Shown here piece by piece: positions 50,860 to 60,179 of a stretch of 64,000 nt of DNA. The stretch's first letter is position 1. Each line of letters starts with the position of its first letter. The translations under genes were made by a program, and so were the position numbers. The stretch is from Thermodesulfobacteriota bacterium. GTDB lineage: Bacteria > Desulfobacterota_D > UBA1144 > Nemesobacterales > N074bin48. The notes below the pieces were generated by a model that made no database searches, was not told where the DNA came from, and was given only the letters and a program-made list of their open reading frames with translations. The stretch is from assembly GCA_041572575.1 (NCBI GenBank), contig JBFFSH010000003.1:7081-71080 (forward strand), in the 5' to 3' direction.

Positions 50860-50870
50860 CCCTGATTAAT

Positions 50871-51857
50871 TTACTTGTTTACATAACCATTTTCCTTGTA
50901 CCAATTAATAGTCTTTTCTAAAGCCTCTCTGATCGGCATGAATTTTATTCCCAGTTCGTCAGTAGCTTTTATGTTGGATGCGCTTGCACCTTTTTCCATG
51001 GCATTTACAGCGTCTACTGCAAGTTTGGGAGATACTCCTGTTACAGAAGCTTTTATTTCCATTATATGAGCAATGAGCTTTATCATAAAAGGAGGCATTT
51101 GAAATGAGGGAATAGGATCGCCAGTGATTTCATGAGCCATTTTATATACATCAATGATTTTCAGGTTTTCACTTACAAGAATATATTTCTGACCGGATTT
51201 TGCTTTTTCTGCAGCAATAATATGGGCATCAACTACATCATCGATATAAACAAGAGGTACATAACTTTCATCAAATGCCCGGAACTTGAGTTTTCTATTG
51301 AGAAATTCTATTAGCATTTTTCCAAAAGTTTTAAAATCCCCCGGGCCAATAACAACTCCGGGATTTAGAACAGAAATGTCCATCTTATTGGTTTTTGCAA
51401 ATTTTAGAACTTCCTGCTCAGCAAGATATTTCGACTTACCATAAGAGCTTTCAATCTCTCCACAGTGTTCCAGATCTTCCTTAGCTAATACCCCATGAGG
51501 CTGTCTTATAGCGGCAACAGAGCTTGTGAATATTACTTTTTTTACTCCTGATTTTTTGGCTTCTTTAAGCAGATTTTTTGTTCCAGTTACATTTACATCG
51601 ATATATTTGCTCTTATCCCTTAACCACCATCTGGATATATTTGCTAGATGAAAAAGAGTATCACAGCCTCTCATCGCACCCTCTATTGAATTTACATCTG
51701 TAACATCTCCTTCATGTATTGTTACTCCCAGCTCGGTTAATTCTTTTGCCTTGTATCTATTTCTTACAAGTGCTGTAACATTAAACTTATTTTCGACCAG
51801 TTTCTTAGTAAGCTGCCTGCCTATAAATCCCGTGGCTCCCGTGATAAATATATTCAT
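50871..51857 (-). CDS. NAD-dependent epimerase/dehydratase (extended SDR family)
   Basis: 328 aa. IFITGATGFIGRQL Rossmann motif and the YGKSK catalytic motif. Confidence 0.85.
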   Translation of the reverse strand: MNIFITGATGFIGRQLTKKLVENKFNVTALVRNRYKAKELTELGVTIHEGDVTDVNSIEGAMRGCDTLFHLANISRWWLRDKSKYIDVNVTGTKNLLKEAKKSGVKKVIFTSSVAAIRQPHGVLAKEDLEHCGEIESSYGKSKYLAEQEVLKFAKTNKMDISVLNPGVVIGPGDFKTFGKMLIEFLNRKLKFRAFDESYVPLVYIDDVVDAHIIAAEKAKSGQKYILVSENLKIIDVYKMAHEITGDPIPSFQMPPFMIKLIAHIMEIKASVTGVSPKLAVDAVNAMEKGASASNIKATDELGIKFMPIREALEKTINWYKENGYVNK

Positions 51858-52213
51858 ATAATTAAATGATTTGATTAATAAGGTTTAATTTCTAAGTTGG
51901 ATGCATTATTATTGTGATCGATACACATAAATCAATAAACGCTTTGCAAATTAGTGAGAGATAATTATGAAACAGATTTTAAATTCGAAACCTTTTTGGA
52001 TAAATCTGGTAATATTTTAATAAAAATGGTAATAACACGATTGACATTTAAGTAATATACTTTAATTTAAATTACAAAATTAATATAATAACTTAAATTA
52101 TGTTTGAGATTCGAATAATAAGACTTTTATTTATACCTTTTGTCTGTTAGCTTTTCACCTTTACTAATTACTAAAATGAAAATAGTATCTATTACTACGA
52201 TTCGGAGGAATAT

Positions 52214-53695
52214 ATGAAATATTTTTTAATTACTGCCTTTTTAATATCTAGTTCATTATTTTTTAGCTCATGCGAGCGTGTAAAAGAAAATGTTGTAAAA
52301 GAACAGCCCAAACAAGAAGTTAAAACTGAAAAACCAAAACCTGTAGAGAGTGCAGATAGAAATGAAATTCCGATCTCACCTTCAACCGGCCTACCATCAT
52401 TTGCTGATCTTGTAAAAACATTAAAGCCTGCAGTTGTGAATATAAGCACGACCAACAAAGTGCAGAGAAGATCATCTCCATTCTCTTATCCCTTTGATCA
52501 GGGCCATCCTTTTGATGAATTTTTCAAAAAATTCTTTGAGGGAGAGCCTTCACAGGAATTTAAGCAAAGGGGTCTTGGTACGGGATTCATAATTAGTAAA
52601 GACGGCTTTATTGTTACAAACAACCATGTGATTGAAAAGGCAGACGATATTGAGATTAATTTAGAAGATGGAGAGAAATACGAGGCCAAGATTATAGGGA
52701 AAGATCCGAAAACCGATTTAGCACTGCTAAAAATAGATGCTGAAAGAGATTTTCCATTTGTAGAGTTTGGTGATTCTGAAAATTCTGAAATAGGAGACTG
52801 GGTAATAGCAATTGGAAACCCGTTTGGCCTTGGACATACCGTAACTGCAGGAATAATAAGTGCCAAGGGAAGAATTCTTGGTATTGGAAACTATGACGAT
52901 TTTATTCAGACCGACGCTCCAATTAACCCGGGAAACAGCGGCGGACCTTTATTTAACCTTAAAGGGGAAGTAGTAGGGGTAAACACTGCAATAATTGCAA
53001 GAGGTCAGGGGCTTGGTTTTTCAATTCCTGTAAACCTTACTAAGCACGTTATAGACCAGATCAAGGACAGTGGCAGAGTGGTAAGGGGATGGCTTGGAAT
53101 TTCCATACAAAAAGTTACACCGGAAATTGCTGATGTAATTGGCGTAAAAGATGGTGAAGGGGTATTAGTTGCAGATGTTATGGATAAAAGTCCTGCTCAG
53201 ACAGGAGGGCTGCTAAGAGGTGATATCATCCTTGAGTATAACGGTGAAAAAATAGTAGAAGTATCAGATTTAACAGGAAAAGTAGCGCTTACTCCGCCAG
53301 GAGAGATATCTAGGCTTAAGATAATAAGGGATAAAAAAATCCAGGAAATAAGACTGAAAATTGGCGAATTTCCAGAGGACGAAAAAGTAGCAACGAAAGT
53401 TGATGAACCTAAAGCAAAGTTTGGTCTTGTGGTTGTAGATATTACACCGAAAATTGCAAACAGATTAAATCTCGATTCTACTGATGGGGTAATAGTAAAT
53501 TCTGTTTCAAGAGGTTCTGCTGCGGGCGAGGCAGGTTTTAAAAGAGGGGATATAATATTAGAGATCAACAGGGTAAAAGTTAAAAATGTTGATGAGTACA
53601 ATAAGCGCCTTGAAGATATAGGCGAAGGTAATTCAGCGCTCTTTTTGATTAAAAGGGGTGAAACTACGGTTTATATTGGTCTTAAGATCGAATAA
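52214..53695 (+). CDS. htrA: Periplasmic serine endoprotease DegP/HtrA with two PDZ domains
   Basis: 493 aa. Signal peptide, catalytic His/Asp/Ser triad (TNNHV, DLALLK, GNSGGPL) and two PDZ segments. Confidence 0.93.
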   Translation: MKYFLITAFLISSSLFFSSCERVKENVVKEQPKQEVKTEKPKPVESADRNEIPISPSTGLPSFADLVKTLKPAVVNISTTNKVQRRSSPFSYPFDQGHPFDEFFKKFFEGEPSQEFKQRGLGTGFIISKDGFIVTNNHVIEKADDIEINLEDGEKYEAKIIGKDPKTDLALLKIDAERDFPFVEFGDSENSEIGDWVIAIGNPFGLGHTVTAGIISAKGRILGIGNYDDFIQTDAPINPGNSGGPLFNLKGEVVGVNTAIIARGQGLGFSIPVNLTKHVIDQIKDSGRVVRGWLGISIQKVTPEIADVIGVKDGEGVLVADVMDKSPAQTGGLLRGDIILEYNGEKIVEVSDLTGKVALTPPGEISRLKIIRDKKIQEIRLKIGEFPEDEKVATKVDEPKAKFGLVVVDITPKIANRLNLDSTDGVIVNSVSRGSAAGEAGFKRGDIILEINRVKVKNVDEYNKRLEDIGEGNSALFLIKRGETTVYIGLKIE

Positions 53696-53705
53696 TGTGC
53701 TACTT

Positions 53706-54377
53706 TTAGGTCTTAACACTTATTTGAGAAGCAGCTTCAGATCCTACATTTACATTATTTCCATCAATTTCAAGAACTATTGAGCCACCATAAGGCTCTA
53801 TTTTTATGAGTGTGAATTTAGTGTCGGGCTTTATTCCCAGTTCATCAAAATATTGTAGAAGCTTAGGGTCTTCATCCGGAACCTCAGAGATAGTTCCTTT
53901 AGTACCCTCTTCAAGATCGGTAAGTAAACAAAGGTCTTCACTCTCTAAAATAAGGTCTTTTGTGGGAATGGGAGACCCATGTGGATCATGGGTAGGATGG
54001 TTTAAGGCTTCTGCCATTCTCTTTTCCAGATCTTCGGATATTACATGTTCTAGTTTTTCAGCCTCATTATGTACCTTATCCCATGGCACTCCCAAGGCTT
54101 CATACAGGTATTGTTCAATTAATCTGTGGTGTCTTATGGTTTCCAGAGCCATTTTATTTCCTGACTCTGTAAGAGCTACTCCCTTATAAGGTTCGTGAGT
54201 TACAAGTTTTAGGTCTACAAGCCGTTTTACCATTTGTGTCACAGTTGGTGCAGACACACTCAAACTCTTAGCAAGATCGTTGGTGTTTGCCTTGCCTTTT
54301 TTTTGTATCAGGTTGAAAATAGCCTTTATATAATCTTCCATTACAGAAGAAGTTTCTTGTCCTATCGTGCTGCTCAT
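53706..54377 (-). CDS. DtxR/MntR-family metal-dependent transcriptional repressor with C-terminal FeoA/SH3-like domain
   Basis: 223 aa. Begins MEDYIKAIFNL and contains TNDLAKSLSVSAPTVTQMVKRL (HTH), metal-site HHRLIEQYL and a C-terminal FeoA-like region. The true start may be Met13 (54341). Confidence 0.85.
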   Translation of the reverse strand: MSSTIGQETSSVMEDYIKAIFNLIQKKGKANTNDLAKSLSVSAPTVTQMVKRLVDLKLVTHEPYKGVALTESGNKMALETIRHHRLIEQYLYEALGVPWDKVHNEAEKLEHVISEDLEKRMAEALNHPTHDPHGSPIPTKDLILESEDLCLLTDLEEGTKGTISEVPDEDPKLLQYFDELGIKPDTKFTLIKIEPYGGSIVLEIDGNNVNVGSEAASQISVKT

Positions 54378-54459
54378 TATGTACTATAAACAATAATATC
54401 TGTTAGTTCCAAATATTTTTATACGCCTTTAATACCATTATAAGTTTGAAATCATAACC

Positions 54460-54474
54460 TAGTATAATATACTA
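54460..54474. promoter_or_regulatory. 15-bp palindrome TAGTATAATATACTA in the divergent DtxR-family / egtB intergenic region (candidate operator, also TATAAT-containing)
   Basis: Perfect 7-bp inverted arms around a central A, about 95 nt upstream of the egtB start. Confidence 0.3.
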
Positions 54475-54568
54475 TTACATTAAATCATTGTTTTTACTTT
54501 TTATAAGAATCTAATTTCTAAACTTTTTATCTAAATAAATCAGGTTTTAACAAATCGGGACACAACTA

Positions 54569-55849
54569 ATGAGAACGCGCAATTTTGAAAAAGATGAACT
54601 ATTTGAGCAGTTTAGAGCTGTAAGAGAGTTTAGTGAACAAATTTCATCTCCGCTTTGTACAGAAGATTATGTCATTCAGTCCATGCCCGATGTTAGCCCT
54701 ACAAAGTGGCACCTTGCTCACACAAGCTGGTTTTTTGAAGCGTTTGTTTTAGAAAAATATGATAAAAAATACAAGTCACTCCATCCTCAGTATAACTACC
54801 TGTTTAATTCCTATTATGCTTTAGTGGGTGAGAGACACTGTAGACCCAAAAGAGGGCTTATCTCGAGACCTACAGTGGATGAAGTGTATAAATATAGAGA
54901 ATATGTGAACAGTAAAATCGAAGGACTTTTTACAAAAAGCAGTGAAAAAGAGTTTCAAAAGCATGCTCCTGTTATTGAAATAGGCGTTCATCATGAAAGG
55001 CAGCATCAGGAGCTTATGGTTACTGATATTAAACATGTATTTTCAGAAAATCCATTAAGACCGGTTTATTTAGAAGCTCCGCCTAATGGAAATAATGGCA
55101 AAATAACCAAACATAAATGGATTTCGTTCCCAGAGGGCTTATATGAAATTGGCCATCAGGATGAAAGTTTTTGTTATGATAATGAAACACCGAGACACAA
55201 GAAATTTCTAAATCCGTTCAAGCTCTCATCCAGGCTTGTAACAAACGGGGAATTTATTGAATTTATAGAGGATGGTGGTTATACAAGACCGGAGCTTTGG
55301 CTATCAAATGGTATTTATACTGCAGAAGATAACGGATGGCAGGCACCGCTGTATTGGGAAAAAGAAGGAAGTAAATGGCATCACTTTACACTTTCCGGGT
55401 TTAAAGAGCTAAACCTGGCTGAGCCGGTATGTCACGTGAGCTTCTATGAGGCTGATGCCTATGCCCGCTGGAAAGGTGCAAGGCTTCCCACTGAGGCTGA
55501 ATGGGAAATAACTTCTGAAGACTTGGAAATTGAAGGAAACTTTGTTGAAGACGCCAGATATAATCCCGTACCTCTTAACGGCGGCTCAAAAAACGGAAAG
55601 CTTCACCAGATGTATGGTGATGTGTGGGAATGGACATCAAGCCCTTATGTTTGTTATCCGGGGTACAAAACTCTTCCGGGTGCCCTGGGTGAATATAACG
55701 GGAAGTTTATGTCTAACCAGATGGTTCTGCGTGGCGGCTCATGCGCGACTTCTATCACACATATTAGAAATACTTACAGAAATTTCTTTCCACCTGACTC
55801 AAGATGGCAGTTTATGGGTATAAGACTCGCACAAGATGAAAATAGATGA
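54569..55849 (+). CDS. egtB: Ergothioneine biosynthesis sulfoxide synthase EgtB (DinB_2 + FGE-sulfatase domains)
   Basis: 426 aa. N-terminal DinB-like helix bundle with iron-binding His motifs (WHLAHTSWFFE, HHERQHQE). C-terminal FGE-like domain (RGGSCATS, GIRLAQD). Confidence 0.85.
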   Translation: MRTRNFEKDELFEQFRAVREFSEQISSPLCTEDYVIQSMPDVSPTKWHLAHTSWFFEAFVLEKYDKKYKSLHPQYNYLFNSYYALVGERHCRPKRGLISRPTVDEVYKYREYVNSKIEGLFTKSSEKEFQKHAPVIEIGVHHERQHQELMVTDIKHVFSENPLRPVYLEAPPNGNNGKITKHKWISFPEGLYEIGHQDESFCYDNETPRHKKFLNPFKLSSRLVTNGEFIEFIEDGGYTRPELWLSNGIYTAEDNGWQAPLYWEKEGSKWHHFTLSGFKELNLAEPVCHVSFYEADAYARWKGARLPTEAEWEITSEDLEIEGNFVEDARYNPVPLNGGSKNGKLHQMYGDVWEWTSSPYVCYPGYKTLPGALGEYNGKFMSNQMVLRGGSCATSITHIRNTYRNFFPPDSRWQFMGIRLAQDENR

Positions 55850-56817
55850 TACTAATGAGTGAAAGTGTTCTTAAATTAAATACCGAAGATCCCAGTGACC
55901 AGCATTTATTAGAAGAAATACTAGTTGGTCTCAGCAAGGAACAAAAGGAGCTTCCATGCAAGCTGTTTTATGACAAAAAGGGCTCAGAGCTTTTCGATCA
56001 GATAACAGCTCTTCCGGAGTACTATCCCACTCGCACAGAAATTGGAATAATTAAGTCCAACATAGACGAGATTGCCAAATGTATAGGTAAAAACAGCCTT
56101 CTTGTTGAGCTTGGAAGTGGAAGTAGTATGAAAATACGCCTTCTCCTAGGAGGATTAAAAGAGATTAGCGCATATGTGCCGCTTGATATTTCCTATAACC
56201 ATCTTATTGAATCTACCAATACGCTTTCAAAAGATTTTCCCGATATAAGAATAATTCCTCTTTGTGTCGACTACACAAAGCCATTTGAATTTCCTAAATT
56301 TGATTTCGAATGGGAAAAATTGGTAGTCTTTTACCCCGGCTCTACAATTGGTAATTTTCACCCCTCTTATGCAAGGAAGTTTCTGGCAAATGTTGCAAAA
56401 CGCACTGGTAAGGGAAGCGGGCTTCTAATAGGGGTTGATCTTAAAAAAGACAAGGCTGTTATTGAAAATGCTTATAATGACACTAAAGGAATAACGGCAG
56501 AGTTTAATTTGAATATTCTGTACAGGCTAAACTCTGATATTGGTTTTAATTTTGATACCGATAAATGGGAACATAGTGCAATATATAACGAAAATCAAGG
56601 CAGAATAGAAATGCACCTTGTAAGTTTAACTAATCAAAGAGTATCTCATAACGGCAGCAAAATATCTTTTGATAAGGACGAATCGATTATAACCGAGTAT
56701 TCATATAAGTATTCTCTGGACGAGTTTGAAGAACTTATAAAAGATTACTATAATGTTCAAAAAGTCTGGGTAGACAGCAACAAAAGATTTAGCCTGCAGT
56801 ATTTAAGCGTTATATGA
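55846..56817 (+). CDS. egtD: L-histidine N-alpha-methyltransferase EgtD
   Basis: 323 aa. FYDKKGSELFDQITALPEYYPTRTE and VELGSGSSMK motifs characteristic of EgtD. Overlaps the egtB stop. Confidence 0.85.
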   Translation: MILMSESVLKLNTEDPSDQHLLEEILVGLSKEQKELPCKLFYDKKGSELFDQITALPEYYPTRTEIGIIKSNIDEIAKCIGKNSLLVELGSGSSMKIRLLLGGLKEISAYVPLDISYNHLIESTNTLSKDFPDIRIIPLCVDYTKPFEFPKFDFEWEKLVVFYPGSTIGNFHPSYARKFLANVAKRTGKGSGLLIGVDLKKDKAVIENAYNDTKGITAEFNLNILYRLNSDIGFNFDTDKWEHSAIYNENQGRIEMHLVSLTNQRVSHNGSKISFDKDESIITEYSYKYSLDEFEELIKDYYNVQKVWVDSNKRFSLQYLSVI

Positions 56818-56832
56818 GTATTAATTAAAACA

Positions 56833-57819
56833 ATGGGAACAGAAGAAAATATTCCGGAGAGTACCGAAGTATCTTACATACTAGAATGCTGTAGTGAATT
56901 AGATTCTAAAGGGCATAAATTTGTGTTTTTAGCTGAACATGTGCTTGATATTAATAGAGATGAAGCGGCTAGTCTGCTGGCAGTAGATCTCAATACAATT
57001 GATACTCTTATTAATAAAAAGAATGAAATTTTACAAACCTGTTCATACACTACAGATTTATTTAAAACACAGAATGAAATTATAAACCTTGCTGATTTGT
57101 TCTTTGAGCTTCTAAATAAAATTAACTACTCAGAAGCCATAAATAAGAATCTTAAAAAGAGTTTTATATTTAAAGTAATAGGCCTGTTTAAACTTTTTAT
57201 TGAGTCAGGTTACTCTAATAAACAAACAATACATGCGTTTATTTCGTATCTTTATTTTAACTTGTCCAGACAAGACACCATTTTTTCTGCTGAAAGAAAG
57301 CTCATATCTCTTAGGGAACAAGACAGATCAAAGTGGGATGTGCAATTAATAAACAAAGGGATTTATCATCTGGAAGAATCAGCAGATGGAAACAACGTTA
57401 CGATCTATCATCTGGAGTCGGCAGTTGCTGCAATACACTGTCTTTCTAAATCTTACAGACAAACGGACTGGAATAAGATCGTATCAGTCTATGATAAATA
57501 TCTCTCGGTTAATGAATCCCCTTATGTAGAGCTTCAAAGGGCCTCGGTCATTTCGAAAATTAAGGGGCCAAGGCAGGGAATCGAAGAGATTATGAATATA
57601 GGTGATATGAAAAGTTTAGAGGATAGTCCCCTTTTATATTCAACCCTTGGAAACCTGCACCTACAGATACATAACTACTCAACGGCTCTTGAGAATTATG
57701 AAAAAGCCTATGCTTATGCAGAAATTGAGGTAGATAAGAATTTTTATCACCAAAAAGTACAGATATGCAGGCAGCGCCTAAAAATGATAGAAAATTATCA
57801 TTTTTATAACTCTTTTTGA
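56833..57819 (+). CDS. Hypothetical regulator: sigma-70 region-4-like HTH at the N-terminus plus C-terminal TPR-like helical domain
   Basis: 328 aa. Residues ~25-70 (HKFVFLAEHVLDINRDEAASLLAVDLNTIDTLINKKNEIL) resemble a sigma70_r4 HTH. C-terminus reads LGNLHLQIHNYSTALENYEKAYAYAE. Lies between egtD and the ABC transporter. Confidence 0.5.
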   Translation: MGTEENIPESTEVSYILECCSELDSKGHKFVFLAEHVLDINRDEAASLLAVDLNTIDTLINKKNEILQTCSYTTDLFKTQNEIINLADLFFELLNKINYSEAINKNLKKSFIFKVIGLFKLFIESGYSNKQTIHAFISYLYFNLSRQDTIFSAERKLISLREQDRSKWDVQLINKGIYHLEESADGNNVTIYHLESAVAAIHCLSKSYRQTDWNKIVSVYDKYLSVNESPYVELQRASVISKIKGPRQGIEEIMNIGDMKSLEDSPLLYSTLGNLHLQIHNYSTALENYEKAYAYAEIEVDKNFYHQKVQICRQRLKMIENYHFYNSF

Positions 57820-57894
57820 TCTTTTTCTACTCTCACCACAGTTAATTTATAAGCTTCTCTGTTTAATTTCTTATAAACAATTAGAATAATATCT

Positions 57895-58626
57895 GTGATA
57901 GAGCTTAAAAATATTTCCAAATCCTATGGCAGTACTATTGTAATAAAAGACTTAAATCTACACATTGATTCTGGCACAACTACTGTGCTAATCGGGCAAA
58001 GTGGGTGTGGTAAGTCTACTACTCTAAAACTTATTAACGGACTTGTTTGCCCTGATAAAGGCAGCGTTATTGTAGGTAACAATGATATAACTGAGCTTGA
58101 TATCTTCACACTAAGGAAAAACATTGGCTATGTGATTCAGGCCGGCGGGCTTTTTCCTCACCTGACAGCAAATGAAAATATATCCATAGTTGCAGAGTAT
58201 CTTGGCATGGAGAAGCAGGAGATATTGGATAGAACAGAGCAGCTCTGTAAGCTCACTAAATTTCCCGAAGATGCGCTTAGCAGATATCCTGTAGAAATAT
58301 CAGGGGGACAGAGGCAAAGAGTAAGTCTCATGAGAGCATTAATGTTAGACCCCGATGTCCTGCTAATGGACGAGCCGCTAGGGGCGCTTGATCCTATCAT
58401 TCGTTATGATCTTCAAAACGATCTAAAAGAGATTTTTAGCACACTCAATAAAACAGTTGTGATGGTTACCCATGATATCAATGAAGCACACTTTTTTGCC
58501 GATGAGATGGTTTTAATTAATGAAGGAAGAATTGTTCAGCAGGGAACAATAGAGCAGTTTACTAATAATCCTGCAGATAGTTTTGTTACTAAATTCATAA
58601 ATGCTCAAAGGAATACTATTAGCTAA
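57895..58626 (+). CDS. ABC transporter ATP-binding protein, OpuC/quaternary-amine type (no CBS domains)
   Basis: 243 aa. Walker A GQSGCGKST, LSGGQRQR signature and Walker B LLMDEP. Confidence 0.9.
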   Translation: MIELKNISKSYGSTIVIKDLNLHIDSGTTTVLIGQSGCGKSTTLKLINGLVCPDKGSVIVGNNDITELDIFTLRKNIGYVIQAGGLFPHLTANENISIVAEYLGMEKQEILDRTEQLCKLTKFPEDALSRYPVEISGGQRQRVSLMRALMLDPDVLLMDEPLGALDPIIRYDLQNDLKEIFSTLNKTVVMVTHDINEAHFFADEMVLINEGRIVQQGTIEQFTNNPADSFVTKFINAQRNTIS

Positions 58627-60116
58627 TGAAATCCATATATACCTTATTTAGCGTATTATTTATTATCCTTTTTTTTACATCCTCTCTTCAGTCTAAAGAG
58701 ATTGTAGTTGGCTCTAAAACTTTTACAGAGTCTGTAATCCTTGGAGAAATAATAAAACAAGTCGTAGAAAAGGAAGGAATACAAACCAGACACATAAGCG
58801 GCCTTGGAGGTACAAGAGTTTTATGGAGCTCTCTTAAAAAGGGTGAGATTGATATCTATCCCGAATATACAGGCACACTTATACAAGAGATTTTTAGTGA
58901 CAGAAAAATAGAGAGTACCGATCAGCTAAGATCAGAACTTCATAAGCTTGGAATCGGCATGACTGACCCTCTGGGATTTAATAATACTTATATTCTGGGG
59001 ATGAAAAAAGAGAAGGCAGCAAAACTCAATATTGCAACTATTTCTCATCTTGTAAAACATCCGGATTTAAAAATTGGATTTTCAAGTGAATTTATAGAAA
59101 GAGCAGACGGATGGCCGGGGCTTAAAAGGGCTTATAATCTTACACATAAAAATATAAGAGGTCTTGATCACGACCTTGCCTACAGGGGCCTTAACAGCGG
59201 AAGTATTGATGTGATCGATCTTTATTCCACAGATGCTGAAATTGATTATTACAACCTTGCTGCGTTGGAAGATGATTTGAACTTTTTCCCCCAGTACTTT
59301 GCAGTAATACTCTACAGGCTGGATACCAATAATATTTATCCTGAAGCAATAGCTAAAATAACTTCATTAGAGAATAATATATCCGAAAAATTTATGGTGG
59401 GGATGAATGCAGAAGTAAAAATAGCGGGTGTTGCTGAGAGTACTGTGGCCTCGGACTATATTAAAAAAACTTTTTCGGTAACTACAAGACCCGCCGAATC
59501 TACAATATTTTCCAGATTTATAAAAAACACATTTGATCATCTTGTACTGGTTTGTATCTCACTTTTTTCTGCAATAATCATCTCGATACCACTTGGAATA
59601 TTATCATATAAGAATGAACCCATTGGCAGAATTATATTGGGATTTGTGGGCATTGTGCAGACCATTCCATCAATTGCACTGCTGGTTTTTATGATCCCTC
59701 TATTTGGAATAGGTTTTATACCGGCAGTTATAGCGCTTTTTTTATACAGTTTACTTCCCATAGTACGCAACACCTATAGCGGTCTTAAAGATGTACCGGT
59801 AGAAATAAAGGAATCTGCCGAGGCCATTGGTCTTGCAGACGGAGCAAGGTTAAAGCTTGTTGAACTTCCTATTGCATCCAGGTCCATTCTCTCAGGAATT
59901 AAAACATCTGCTGTTATTAATGTGGGAACCGCAACACTTGCTGCGCTTATAGGTGCTGGAGGATACGGCCAGCCTATATTTACAGGCATCCGTCTGGACA
60001 ATATTGGGCTTATACTTGAAGGTGCTGTACCCGCTGCTGTTCTGGCTCTTTTAGTCCAGGCGCTATTCGGATTGCTGGAAAAGGTATTTATTCCAAAAGG
60101 TTTGAGACTTAATTAA
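58626..60116 (+). CDS. Fused substrate-binding domain (OpuAC/OpuBC-type) and ABC permease
   Basis: 496 aa. Signal peptide plus periplasmic glycine-betaine/choline-type SBD (~aa 20-290). Then five or six TM helices with the permease EAA-like loop (ESAEAIGLADGARLKLVELP). Start overlaps the ATPase stop. Confidence 0.85.
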   Translation: MKSIYTLFSVLFIILFFTSSLQSKEIVVGSKTFTESVILGEIIKQVVEKEGIQTRHISGLGGTRVLWSSLKKGEIDIYPEYTGTLIQEIFSDRKIESTDQLRSELHKLGIGMTDPLGFNNTYILGMKKEKAAKLNIATISHLVKHPDLKIGFSSEFIERADGWPGLKRAYNLTHKNIRGLDHDLAYRGLNSGSIDVIDLYSTDAEIDYYNLAALEDDLNFFPQYFAVILYRLDTNNIYPEAIAKITSLENNISEKFMVGMNAEVKIAGVAESTVASDYIKKTFSVTTRPAESTIFSRFIKNTFDHLVLVCISLFSAIIISIPLGILSYKNEPIGRIILGFVGIVQTIPSIALLVFMIPLFGIGFIPAVIALFLYSLLPIVRNTYSGLKDVPVEIKESAEAIGLADGARLKLVELPIASRSILSGIKTSAVINVGTATLAALIGAGGYGQPIFTGIRLDNIGLILEGAVPAAVLALLVQALFGLLEKVFIPKGLRLN

Positions 60117-60179
60117 TACTATTCAAATTATTTTGGTTATCCTATTTTAATTACAGACAATTAACAAAAGAGGAAATAT

